A stretch of 64,000 nt of DNA from Tubiluchus corallicola (Eukaryota; Animalia; Priapulida). The notes beneath the pieces are model-generated. The model saw only the letters and a program-made list of their open reading frames with translations. It ran no database searches and was not told the DNA's origin. Below are positions 13,526 to 25,990 of this stretch, piece by piece (position 1 is the stretch's first letter; each line of letters opens with the position of its first letter). The translations under genes and the position numbers were made by a program. The DNA is taken from NCBI GenBank assembly GCA_030141605.1, contig JAQGDQ010000003.1:992001-1056000 (forward strand). The letters run 5' to 3'.

Positions 13526-13734
13526 CAATACGTTCATAATATTGTTGTAGTTTTTTGCAGCGGTGGCACAACAGCCACTAGGAAAACTGACCACATTTAC
13601 GATCTCGACAAAGCAAAAACGTCACATTAACGTAACACATTTGGAGAATAGACAATAAATAATGTAGTAAAAGCACAGTTTTTAACTCATGTTCAATTTG
13701 AGTTTTGAATTTGCTTTCATTGCATATACTTTTG
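13526..13734 (-). repeat. Right arm of a ~205-bp inverted repeat pair (partner 12176-12386)
   Basis: Reverse complement of 12176-12386 with scattered substitutions. Confidence 0.9.
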
Positions 13735-16700
13735 TCTTTCACCTTTACGGTTAATAAGACTTTTTTTAAACCTCTGTTTATTTTAGCTGTAAAAAGCTAC
13801 ATATTTATAATTTGTCTGACAAATTGTCATGTTGTCCATTAATTGATATAATTTATTATGCACAGTACCTTTGACAGAAATCACTTTAAAAATGCATACT
13901 ATTTTTTGTCAGTTAGCAAAGACATACTCAACAAGAAAGCGATCGTTGCTGTGAACTATATAATGAGCATGTTAAAATGACTTGCAATTAAGTGATATTC
14001 CCGCTTATCGATTCGTCGTTTGGCCCATAAGAGACACTGGGAGTTTAGTGGGTATAATAAGTGCTAATTTTATTCCTGAAGACTGCAATGTATTGCAATT
14101 TGGTAAAACATATAATGATATATATATATAAGCATCGTATTCAATATCCAACAGTAGCTGATGGGGCGAGCATCTAAAGTTTCAGCTCAAATGCTTGAAT
14201 TCGATTCCAAGAAGTTTTTTTAATTCAAAATTGCTTTGAACCTAAAATTATGGATTCGAATAAGTCAACAATTTAACTACATGCATTTTTTTACCACTAA
14301 AATGTTCGAAACATCATGGAATAAGCACAATGTAGCTTCAATTTCTGTGCACAATTTTCAAATAAATTATTAGTGTTTTACTGCAAAACAAAATCAAGCA
14401 ATACACATGATCTTTGCCAGGCTGCTTTTTATTTATGATTGGAAAATTTATTTGAAAATCTTTAAAACTGAACCCGAATTCCATTTGGACTCAAAATCTT
14501 GAAAATTTCATTTGGTTCAAGTTTGAAAATCAAAAATTTGATTCGATGTAAATTCGTTTTCTGATAGATGATACTCAAAATTACTAACCGATACGTAAGA
14601 ATTTGAATATAAGAATTTTTTTATGGCAAAGGATATTTAAGTTAACTTAAAAAACTATTTAGGGGACAAAGTATCGTGTTTTGTAACAATGATGTGCTAC
14701 TCAGTTCTTACCTCTTTTCCGATGTCTGCTGATAAGTCAACATTTAAAAGAAAATTAATTATGTTTAATCCTTTCTCAAATTCCCGTAAATCATCAAAGT
14801 AGAAAATCAGCAGAAATGAGCCTAACACTAGGGCACCCCAAACCTTTTCTGGAAGATCTGTAACCACAAAATGGCAATACATATTTATTTCAGCAAGAAG
14901 CTGAATAATTAATAAAGATTTTGGCTCTTTTGCTGCATAGTGCTGTCAATGTATCAAGCATTAAAAAATTTCACAAAAATGAGCATATGCACTCTGATTT
15001 TAATAATTACAGTCGTTATACAACAGTTTGGAGGAACATTATCTGGTGCATTTTGTTTATGAGTGTTTTAACTTTTTCAAGTAATCACATTTTCGTATAA
15101 CAAACCTAACTTGCAGTTTTTGAAATTATTTGTAACTGTTGTGAATGGACTACTATTAAGGTTCAGGATTTGTCAGTGAAAATGAATCTGAATCAAATCT
15201 ACAGTTCATTAAACAAGCATTTTCACACTATATCTGCAGCTAGTTCTACTTTCAACAGTCAAAATCAAAGTCCATTGCCAAAGAAATTTCTGCAATACGA
15301 GAAAGAAATGAAGTGTGTTTGGTAATTTCAAACTAAACACTACAAATTTTCTACAAACTGATAAATGCAAAATAAATAAACAAACAATCTGCAATGTTTG
15401 CTGTAGCATGCAGTTACAGGTAAATTATCAAATTAAGCTTACTGGAAACAGTATGGCAAAGTATCTGTATAGAATCTGACATATCCGTTGGTTTACTTGC
15501 TTTAGCCAGCATTGTCTGAAGGTGATGTTTTGCTACTGAAAAGTAAGAATCAAAAAACAACAATAAGAAAGTTGCTAAACAGTCAATTAAAAATTAATTT
15601 AACGACTTATTGCTAGTTATAACTTAAAACATGGACAGTTGTTTGCTATTCACAGAAATATCCAAAAGTTGAAGAAATACCGGTATTAATAAATCACTCA
15701 ACAGAAAGGCTAAACAACTCTCGGGCAGTAAGGTTTAGTAGGAAGTTTGCTAAATTTTTTTTAGAAATATTCAATAATAAAACTGGGAAAAACTAGTATT
15801 GCCACTTTAAAGCCATAATCATTTCATGTTTGGGTGTTGGGAGTGCTCATTTTGAACATTTATTTTTCAGCTAACAGTGTCATTGGCCAACTGAAAGAAA
15901 GCATGTTCAATTGCCATACTTTCGAGGTCTAAGAAGTTTTTACAAAAAAAATTACATAGCTAATTATATGGTATTTCTGAATGAACATCGGGTATGCTGC
16001 ACAAATTTGAATTAGTTTACGTGACGTGTCTTTAAAGACATAAGATTAGTCAATTACTTTGTAATTTTTAAGTCAATAACCACCTAATAATTTTAGCACA
16101 ACAGTAATAAAATTTAATGTTATCCTATATAAAGAGTTACTCTGCAAAATTCTTTAAAAGTATTACATTTTTCTAAGTAATAGTGATAGCAGTAGAATAA
16201 AGCAAACATGCTAAATGACACGTCCTTTCTTTTAATGCAAATTTTAAAGTGTAAATTAAAGCATAAATTTTTAATTTCCTACACTTTTCAAGTGCTGTGT
16301 ATATCATGCTAATTGTAGAGTCATGAAATACATTTACTTTCTTCCATTTGATTACAGTATAATTAAATTTAATAATCAACTCGGCAGATACTTTTCTTCT
16401 AAATTCTCATTCAAGGTTTCTTGAATATATTTCTGCAAGTAAAATAAAAATTTACCAATAACATTTTGACAACATGACGACAGTGTGTTACAAACAAAAC
16501 AATTTCTAGCCACTTTAACTAGCAAATGTAAAAAGACTGTAACGCAATATGATAATTTCATGGTTGATATCATCACGTCAATCACATTTTTAGCAGAAAC
16601 ATTATTTGTGAGCAAACAGGAGCAAATGTTAAAAAATGTACCAGTGCACACTACAAGATTAGCACAACATGTAATTCATATTAGTTTACAAAATTTTTTA

Positions 16701-17233
16701 TTATAATAAATTTTCTTGTCTTGTAAATCTCTATGCAAACAAAGAAGTTCCATAACTGTAGCTGCATTTTTTTCAATGTAACTCTTAAAATTTAAGAGAA
16801 AAGTTTTAAAAAACAAAAAAAACTTACTTGCTTTGTGAGTACAGAGCAATTCCTCTACTGTAGTTTGCAACAATGTTTCCACATCAGTAGATTTGATATT
16901 GTACTCCAGCTGAAAAATGTGTACCGGAGATTAATTACAACATAGCATCATTATAGCGAACCTGCGAGGGACCCAGAAAAAAGAACTCTATAACAGAGGT
17001 ACTCTATAAGCACACATGTATGTGATTACTGACTACTAGATAGATGGATAAGCATCTATCAATAATAAAAGTGTATAAATAATGTACAATGTGTGACTTC
17101 ATAGTGCATGTAAAGTCCTTTTAGAAGATGCTGTCAAATATCAACCATTTTGCTTCTGTGACATTCACATTCAATAAAAAGTATTTTATGTGACTTGAAT
17201 GAACTAAATATTATCTAATGCTTCATATTCAAC

Positions 17234-17562
17234 TGTGTGTACCCGTGTGCTGACGCAATCAGGCAGAATGGTCACGTGTCCGCCTATTGTTTCGGGCACG
17301 CATGAGTCTGTAGAAGACGGAGTAGTTGCATTTTAAAACTCTGCCGCGTTTTATTAATTCTTTGGTGTTTAGAACAGTGTATCATAATTGACTGCTTTTT
17401 GTGTGTTTACTGTTTCTTTAATACACTATTATAACCAGTCGCTGAAGTGTTTGAATTCATTTGTTGTTAAAATTGAATCATCTAATTAACATGCTCTTCA
17501 CAGTATCTCTGAAGGTTGTGCGATGAGACAGGGCATCACATCAAGTGGTGCAAAAAACCCGG
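17234..17562 (+). repeat. Putative 5' LTR (TG...CA, ~17234-17543) and tRNA-Phe-like primer-binding site (17546-17562)
   Basis: ...ACATCA ag TGGTGCAAAAAACCCGG resembles TGGTGCCGAAACCCGG, the complement of the tRNA-Phe 3' end, ~50 nt upstream of the gag ATG at 17612. The LTR start is inferred from a TGT motif only, because no second LTR is present. Confidence 0.55.
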
Positions 17563-20500
17563 CAATTTTCACGGTATGATTACTGATTTAACTTGAATAA
17601 TCAACGTAAAAATGGACGAGAACTGTAAACAAAAACTATCGAGACTGAAAGCCAATAGAACACGGTTTCTCAATTCAGCAAAACAGGCTGGAAAGTCAGC
17701 TTTAAAATTACTAGAATACAGTGTTTTCTTTAGTGTTGCAGCTTTGGCAGAAATCAAAGAAAGTATAGCGCAAATAAAATACAAAAGTTTACCAGTGCGT
17801 CCAAGAAGCTACAAGAAGAAGCATCTGAATTGACAATCGAATCTGCCCAGCAAACTGAGTTAGACGAATTTTTAACTGAGGATGAACAAACTGTAGAAAC
17901 AATCGAGGTGATGTTAATGTAACTGCAGAAAAAATCGGCTGCACTTGAAGCGCTAAAACAGGAGGAATATAGGTCGGCTAAATCTGAAGCTAGTGGGCAA
18001 CAACAATTTTTAGAGCAAATGACCAGGTTAGTAGAGAAACTACAAATTTCACAGAGACCAGAGCAAGAACATTATTCTTTACGTGTGACAATAGTTGACC
18101 TTCAGCCATTTGATGGTGATATTACAAAATTCCAAGCATTCTGGGATGCTTACAAGGCAACAGTGCATGACAATGCCAGATATTCAGATGTAGACAAATT
18201 GACATTTTTGCATGGTAGACTACGAGGTGATGCACTAGCAGCAATCGAAGGATTCCAGGTCACAGGTGACAATTACAAAGAAGTTGTGAAATTTTGGAAA
18301 AGCGATTTGGACAAAAGGACTTAATTATTGATGCACATCAATGTAAACTTGAGAAAATACCGGTCGATGCAGACAACGCAGAAAGTCTAAGAAAGTGCCA
18401 GAACATGACTGAAAAACACTTGAGGAGTTAGGAAGTTTTATGAGAGGATATTAATCACAGGCACTTCCTCAAATTGCCACGTAGTGTTTTGATTCAACTA
18501 CACCTTACCAAGGACAAAACTAAGAAGTGGACTGCTAAAGACTTACGTATAGCACTAGAAGACTACATAGATATGCTTGAAATGACAGCACACATAACCA
18601 AGATGTCTGTCAACAAAGGCGACCACAATCCACCATCACAGATATCCAGCAGTGCAACGAATATGCGTTATAACCAACAGCGAAGTAACCAAAGTGAAGA
18701 AAGACATACAATCTTTGCTGGCAGTGAAAGCAACATAGATCAACAACCAGGAACTGAGCAAGGGTCACCAATCCAACCATGACTCGCATGTCCATTTTGT
18801 GATACTTAGGGTCACTGGGCCCAGCCATGTGAGCAATTTCAAACTCAAGAATCTCGCATTCAGTGTTTGAAAGATAAGCAGTTATGCTTCTTGTGCTTTT
18901 ATCCTTCACACAAAGCAAAGTTCTATAAGCAAAATCGTCGCAGAGTGTGGTTTCATTGTAAAGGTGTCAATTCACATGCATCAGCAATTTGTCCTCGCAA
19001 ATATAGTGAGTCTGGTGTGGCAAATGTGCATCGTCGCAGCTCTTGCAACTGGTTGTAGTACTGATCTTGCTACAAGTCAAGTACAGGCGCACATGATGTC
19101 AGTGCTTGGTGACTCAGATATTTTACAAACTACGACGGTGTCAGTCAAATCTAATGTGTTTGCAAAAACACATATTGAAGCATGTGTTCTTTTAGATTCA
19201 GGCAGCAATCATTCATATATAACCACAGAGCTAGCTCATAAGCTCAATCTGCATATTCAGCCTCTGCAAGACGCTGAAGTTTTTTTTGTTTTGGGGCAAA
19301 ACAGCTAGTGAAGATTTCATCAAGGGCTTGCGAACATCACAATGTACCTGAAAGCTGAGCATCGTTTTAAAATTATTCAGTGCAGAGTGGTGCAATGCTG
19401 AGCAGCACCAATCAAAAAGATGAATCTTACTGAAGTTTTGAATGATCAGCCAGGCAGTTGGTTTTATAATTTCAAAGCTAAGCATGGTCAAGATTGTTTG
19501 GATGACCCAACTCTTGTTTGTGATGGAGGTCCTTTATCTATTCAAAAGTTACTTGACTCTAGTGTATTTTGGAAAGTAGTTAAATCACGTCGTTATCGAT
19601 TGCCAAATTCCGACCTTGAATTTTTTGAGTCTCGTTTTTTGTTTTTGATTACTAGCACTCAAGAATTGAATAATTCCAGTTTAGGCCAATTATAAGCATG
19701 TCATTCAAGTGTATGCTAAAAGAGTCAAAACAACCAGAAACTGACAATTGAAACACTGATACTGGCAGTTGGCAATGTACATGGGAACATGAGTATTATA
19801 CGAGCAATGTTGATCAATGTTCTAGCTGTTACAATGCAGAGTACAATGTCAGTGATAGGTCTGAGAATTTATTAGATTTTAGTGATGCTCAAACAGTTCA
19901 GTCACACTGTACAGCAACAAACTTGTTTCTAAATAATATTAAGTGTGACCCAATTATAGCACCTCAGTGTATTGCAAACACAACAACTTTGCAGACTGAT
20001 GTTAGTTTAGTATCAATTCCTCAGACAGACTTGGATAATTTTTGCAAGAATACATGTTATGAACAGTATAATGTTGCTAATGTTTTTGCTGATTCAGAAT
20101 GTCAGCTAGGCCTATCTATTACTCTGTGTGAGCCTAGAATTCTAGCTTATGATGTTGATAATTATGCAGAAAGCAGAGATAAATCTTGCTAGAATATATT
20201 GCATATTTCGCAGCAAGTTATGTCTGAAAATCTAACTGAGCCAGCTGCTGGCAAGCTGCCAAATCATAAGTTACAAAACGTCTTTGTTGGCGCAATTGTT
20301 TCTGAAGCTTCTACAGTAGACAATGAATTTGCACTTCATGAATTCGTAACTGCAAACAATTTTGAAGGGCAAAGGGGAGAACAGCGCAATCGCAAACTAG
20401 TTTTGAAACAGACGTTAATCCGATGGTCATGTCAAGCATAACTAATTAATAGTTATCATTTACACTGGGTAGCAAATACATGTGCATCGGGGGAGCACTG

Positions 20501-22952
20501 TTGAAGGCATTTCGTTAACACTTTGCAAGCTTACATCTTTCACAAGTCAATGAACAATACACAAAATTGTACATGTGAGTGCTGTAAATTCTGGGATTTA
20601 GATTCGTTGGGAATTACGAATCTCTCACTAATTTAAAGGCAGAAGAAGAGGCGATCGTAGAAGACCATTTTAATAAAACTGCTTACATTGTGAACGGTCG
20701 GTTCAGAGTTTCTTGTCCAGTTCGTGATAGAGATAAGTTAGCCAAGCTCCCCACGAATCTTAATTTGTGCAAAGCACGCTTACAAAATGTTGTATTCAGA
20801 TTTACGCAAAATCCAACACTTTTACAAGCATACAACAAAATCTCTCAACAGCAGTTACAGGATGCTACAATAGAAAAGTGTGACAGAAATTTTTCTGCAG
20901 GAAAGCCATTAACTTATTTTCCTCACACCTTTGTCTTAAAAAGTAGCGAGACTTCACCATTACGTATAGTTATTGATGCGAGTTGTAAGAAGAAGTCGGT
21001 GTTATTACTAAATGATTGTTTGTATAATGGCGCAAATCATCTTCAAGTTTTAGCAGCTCTTTTGATTAGGTTTATGATACACAAGTATACCTTGATGGGT
21101 GATTTATCTAAGGCGTTCTTACAAATCGAGCTTGATTACCCCTCCTGTGGTTTGGTTTGTTTTCTTTGGGTGAAAGATATTACAAAGCCAATTTGCGAAG
21201 ACAACATACAGCATTTTCGTTATCAAAGAATTAACTTTAGCATAGTGTCTTCTCTGTATTTGCTAACTGCTACACTTAGGAAGCATCTTACTGAATCTGA
21301 CGAGTACAGTGGGTGCATACTTAGCAGGATGCTAAGTATTGGCAAGTATATGACAATTTTTGGCAACCGTAGAGGATGAAACTGATGCTATAGGCTTATG
21401 TCAAGCAGCAAAGGAAGTATTTTCTGAAATCTCCATGAACAAGAATCAGTGGTTTTCCAAAATTAAAGGGCTAGACCAGCAATTTCATTCAGATGAGCGA
21501 GCAGAAGTCAAACCAACACAGACGGTTTTAGGTAAAATTTGGCACTCCCAAACTGACGAGGTCAGTTACTTTTGTCAAGTTCCAAGTGATTTACATGCAG
21601 TCAACACAAAAAGAGAAGCACTGAAAAATGTATGAGCCATTTTTGAACCTCTTGGATGGATTAGTCCTTTATTAGTCGAAGCAACAACATTCATAGCAGC
21701 ATTATGGAAAGAACATGTTGATTGGGACACCCAAGAGCAGCAAGTTCAGTGGGAAAATGTTGCAAACACATTAGCATCAATTTAATGTTGCAAACACATT
21801 AGCATCAGAAACAGCTGATTTTAGCAAAGTAGATATTGTGTCATTCAGTGACAGCTCTTCATGGTGTTATGGTATGGTATCTTACTTGAGAATTGTTCTG
21901 CCTGATGGATCAGGCATTGTAAAGCTGATTTATGTGAAGACTAGGCTTGCCAAATTTCAGTTCCAAGACTGGAGTTAATTGGAATACTACTAGCAGTTCA
22001 TTGCACCAAGTTTTTGACACATCTTCAATTAAATATCAACAAAGTGCACATCTTTAGTGATCGTAAATGCACATTATTTTTGTGCTAAATGGACGCTTCT
22101 TGGAAATTTTTGTGCAGAACAGAGTGGAAGAGATCAGGTCTCTTCAGAACGCTACCTTCACTTTGTGTCAACAGAAGAAAACCCTGCAGACTTGGCTTCT
22201 TGTGATGTAAAGGACTCTGAGACCTTAACGAACAGCATATGGTTCAACCCTCCAGCACGGTTGAAAGAACCTCAAGAATAATGGCCACAATCAGATACAC
22301 CAGTTACTTCTGCTGAGGATCAGCAACAGATTGATTCTGAAATGGGAGAATGCGAAGTGCCACTTTTATTGACAATTAGTGAGCAACCCAATGAGTCTCT
22401 AGTTGATTTGATGAGGAGCTCGAGTTTTGAGAAGGCAGTACGAGTAACGGCCTATGTTATGAGAGCTTTAAGCAGATGGAAACACACCGAGAATAATGTG
22501 CAAACAGGCCTTACGGCATCTGAGCTAGTAAAAGCAGAAATAATTCTAACTAAGCAAGTCCAACGTCAACACTCTAGCAAAGAGATCAGAGACTTAGTCT
22601 AATAAAAAGAACGGCTTAGTACAGCAACTAGGTCTATATCTGGATTCTGAAAACTTGTTGAGATGTAATGGCAGGATTCAACATTCAGATTTGACATATG
22701 CTAGCACAAATCCAGCTCTCTTGCCACGAAAAGCTCATACCACTCGACTAATTATTCAGAGAGTACGTGAGCAACAGCTCCATAGTGGAGTACCACAGAC
22801 ATTAGCACAGCTGAGATGTGCATAGTGGGTACTCAAAGGTCGTGCTGCAGTGCAAGAGGTAATTCAAGGATGTTTAATCTGTAGACATGCAAGTGGTTCA
22901 CCATACGAAGCACCATCCATGCCTGGACTACCACCAGCAAGAGTCAACAGAA
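17234..22952 (+). mobile_element. Bel/Pao LTR retrotransposon, degenerate and 3'-truncated
   Basis: Gag DUF1759-type segment LQPFDGDITKFQAFWDAYKATVHDNARYSDVDKLTFLHGRLRGDALAAIEG (18019-18324); Cys/His knuckles (CPFC..H...C, LCFLC...H; ~18790-19000); aspartic protease LLDSGSNHSYIT (~19190); FWDLDSLGI (~20590); RT PLRIVIDASCK, LNDCLYNG, DLSKAFLQI (20690-21379); RNase H FSDSS, PRLEL, ENPADLAS (~21840-22200); integrase zinc finger H..G/CLICR (~22780-22885). The PR-RT-RH-IN order is typical of Bel/Pao. Many stops and frameshifts; the element ends before the integrase core. Confidence 0.93.
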
Positions 22953-24043
22953 ACTATGATACATAGCGAACGACAAAGTGCAGCAAGTGTGAGCGCCCCA
23001 AGTAGTACTACTGTTTTGTAAGCAAAAATGCTTAAAAAGCGACAGCATACAGTAACAACTAACATAGATTAAACTGACCGGATATCGCCTAACTAATATT
23101 TAACGTTACTCACCAAAAACCGGCAGACAATGATGTTGTTATTAAGAGCGAGCAAGTGCGACTTATTGCCGCTTCCTGTATCTGAAATAAGTTTGCAGCT
23201 ATTTTCGTCACCATTATTTTTCAAAGCCAATTCGAACTTATGCTTAGCTTCACGTAGATTTATAGTGGAAATACATATTATCGCTAATGTCATCCACCGA
23301 ATGCGTTTATTTTCCTAAAAGAAATTAATGATTTTTTCTATGAACCAAACTGCAAGAATGTCAAATTTCCATTTCCCTCGTGTATGACAAGCAATACAAG
23401 AAATCTCTCGAAATCCTTGTTGTCTTGGTTCCAAAGTTTAAGAAAGGAAAGTGCCGAAATTATTGTTGCGTATTTCGTTTTTTTCGATTAGCGGCTACTC
23501 TTGCGGCATCAAACGGCGGATGATTAAAAACTTTTAAACCGCGCATTGACTGTAATAATAATACTGATGTTCCAGTGATATTTTGCACAGAAAATTTAAA
23601 CACTTCAGCATTGATCTTTAGAAATAAATTCACTTGGGGCATAGCAGCGAGTAGGGAGTCCTGGCATAGGGAGGTGAGCAGAATCATGTCCCTGGACGTA
23701 TGATTCATTGGATGATGATGATGTAATAATAATATTCTGAAGTCCACCAATAGAGTTGGCATACGAGCAATTTTGATAAGCCAAAATCACTTTTGCTAAA
23801 TCACGTTTTACTAAAAGAAGAATATCTCAAATAAAAGCAATTATTAGTTTAAAAAACTAAAAACATTTCATGAATTGAAAAACAGTTGTAGCAATAAGTT
23901 TGTACTATGTACTTGCAAATACTCCAGTTTTCTTCTAAGTAAAATTTTACTGTTCTTCCTAAGGAAAGATGCTAGCTGACTGCATGATGGGCTGCCTACT
24001 ATGTAAAAAAGTAATGCCTTTTTTAATGATTTATTGATTTTTC

Positions 24044-24200
24044 TCTCCCTCCCTCCCTTAGAGAGAATGAGATGGAGGGAGAGAGAAAGAGAGGGAGGGA
24101 GAGAGAGGGAGAGACAGAGAGAGGGAGAGAAAGAAAGAGAGAGAGACAGAAAGAGGGAAGGAGGGAGGGAGAGAGACAGACACACACACAGAGAAAGAGG
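24044..24200. repeat. GA-rich compound microsatellite
   Basis: Imperfect (GA)n/(GGGA)n tract; source of the spurious RE- and SL-rich ORFs. Confidence 0.9.
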
Positions 24201-24725
24201 TGCTTCTTTGCCATTTGTTTCTTGATCATTTTGCTCCAATGCAAGGTGGCGGATTTGGCACATAAAAAATTGCACCCATTTACGTGCCCTGCAATTAATC
24301 TATATAATTAGGCATATATTATATTGCAGGTTTGTATATAAATAATGCGCACACGTACGCACGCACACAACAAGTAATTGCATATGGTACTTCAAATATA
24401 AATAACCAATACAGTAGTAGAGATGAGTAGGACTGAACTGCCAGTCTAAGGCATCGTAACGTCTTGATACACCCATGCATACACACTCAGATACATGTAT
24501 GGTGTATGTATTATTCATGCAGAGATTCTATGAAGCTGAGCCTATATATTTAACAATATTAGTTGATTGCCCTTAGCACGCAGGCCTATAAAGTCAATTA
24601 ATTTAAGCCCATCAATAAATAAATTATTTATCAAGACTTGTCTCTGAATTTAGCCACAGGTGTTTTATTAGTACGCTAATACAAGCACGTAAACAAACTG
24701 TATTTAATGAACGTTTATTTTGATG

Positions 24726-24907
24726 TAAGCCTAACTGAATCTAAAAAATTAAGCTAAATATAGTGACATCTACACATGATATATAAGGTGTTATGACCAG
24801 CCTACCATTTCTAATTAAGCCTAACTGAATCTTAAAAAATTAGGCTAAATGTAAGTGACGTCTACACATGATATATAAGATGATATAACCAGCCTGCAGA
24901 TTCTAAT
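24726..24907. repeat. Tandem duplication, 2 x ~90 bp, diverged
   Basis: taagcctaactgaatct...tctacacatgatatataag...ccagcct...ttctaat occurs at 24726 and again at 24816. Confidence 0.88.
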
Positions 24908-25759
24908 TTATGCGCAAGGTTGGCTTCTCACCTGAATTCTGTAACTTGATTTTGACCTAGTTAGTTGGTTGCTGTAGAGGTGGAAGTAATGTCGGCTGCT
25001 TAGGATGACAGCTCTGATGTTTCGTTTTGTTATTTTTTGTTCACTGACAATAAAAAAGAGGAGTAATGTCGTAAATGCATCTCCGTTTGTTCTACGTGAT
25101 TTTATAATCAACTCCAACTCATAACGAAGGCCAATGTATGATTATATGCTTTTTAAACATCTTTTAACTTGAAATTAACAAAACATGCAGATGCTTAGAT
25201 TAAGTTGTATTCTGGAAAAATTATTTGCTCTTCTGAAAAAAAAATCGATTTTTTTCTATGAAAGGTATTACACTTGAAAGTCGGACCTAATACTTCTTCA
25301 AGCTACATTTCTTGAAAAAAATATTAAATGTATTAATACATTAATGTATTAAAATATTAAAGACTTTTTCTTCTACTTCTGCTTCCTCTATTGCAAGTAG
25401 TTCTTCATGATATTTCATATACATCTCTTTAATTTATGGCGCGTTCAGACGTTGCGACTTCTCTCGCAACTTGTTGCAACGTGTGAACGGCTTGGCAACC
25501 TCTTTTAGAGAGAAGTTGCGCAACGCGTTGCGAGAGAAGTGTACTGTTCTAAGCAATGCATGCTTTTCTTCACCGCAAAAATGTGTTGGCTAGCAATAAA
25601 TTATGTTTTACAACAACACTTCGTTATACACACATACATTTATGTATAACAGCAAAACATACGATTACCTAAGGAAACGTCGTTTCATAGAAATCTCTCA
25701 AGTAAACTTTTGGATAAGATGTCCATTCATAATCAAGCATGAAGATTTATAAACTAGAA

Positions 25760-25990
25760 TGAAATTCCTCGCAGTTCAGTAGTCGAGTTCCGAAGATTAA
25801 GGTGGTTAGGACATCTTCCCAGATTACCGAGTGAAACACCTTGCAAAAACACTGGCAAACTAAAAACAACTTGGACAGCAACTTTAGATAAATTAATAAA
25901 GATGTTCAACAGCTTCAACCATATCTAGCTTCAGGGGCAAAAGAACTTACGCTGTTCTGCAGATAGAAATGTGTGGAATGCTCTATATGG
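25760..25990 (+). mobile_element. 3' fragment of an RTE-like LINE
   Basis: Translates RRLRWLGHLPRLPSETPCK...KTTW...ADRNVWNA, matching the RRLRW.GH..R / R..W C-terminal signature of RTE-clade ORF2. Frameshifted. Confidence 0.75.

Larger units (their letters stand above)
8020..23810 (-). pseudogene. Degenerate multi-exon RNF213/mysterin-like gene (N-terminal half only), interrupted by a Bel/Pao element
   Basis: GT-AG-bounded exon-like blocks at 23114-23314, 16828-16909, 15443-15535, 14712-14857, ~13165-13450 and ~12717-12837, plus further blocks with stops or frameshifts at ~11320-11670 and ~8020-10970. Fragments HLALSS...CFRPPLFN (~8837-8929), KLML (8526-8537), SIHRLGL*LINFISG (8366-8410) and INNSR..PLNSFPNVILLH (8123-8181) follow the order and spacing I recall for RNF213: DLASIS..GYASLLFK / NKLML / SVQRLSQAFIDLHSAG / KR..FYLNFYTAEQLVYL. 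Confidence 0.6.

Noticed and set aside
14900-16700. Initial reading as a decayed hAT transposase
   Set aside because: No hAT motifs (RW, C-terminal ERxFS) were found; splice-bounded blocks fit a host pseudogene better.
25438-25545. Possible Harbinger-like MITE end; similar MITE-like patches at ~7255-7560, ~14150-14570, ~26590-27250, ~34150-34735 and ~51470-52000
   Set aside because: They look repeat-derived, but I could not pair termini or identify TSDs, so they are not listed as features.
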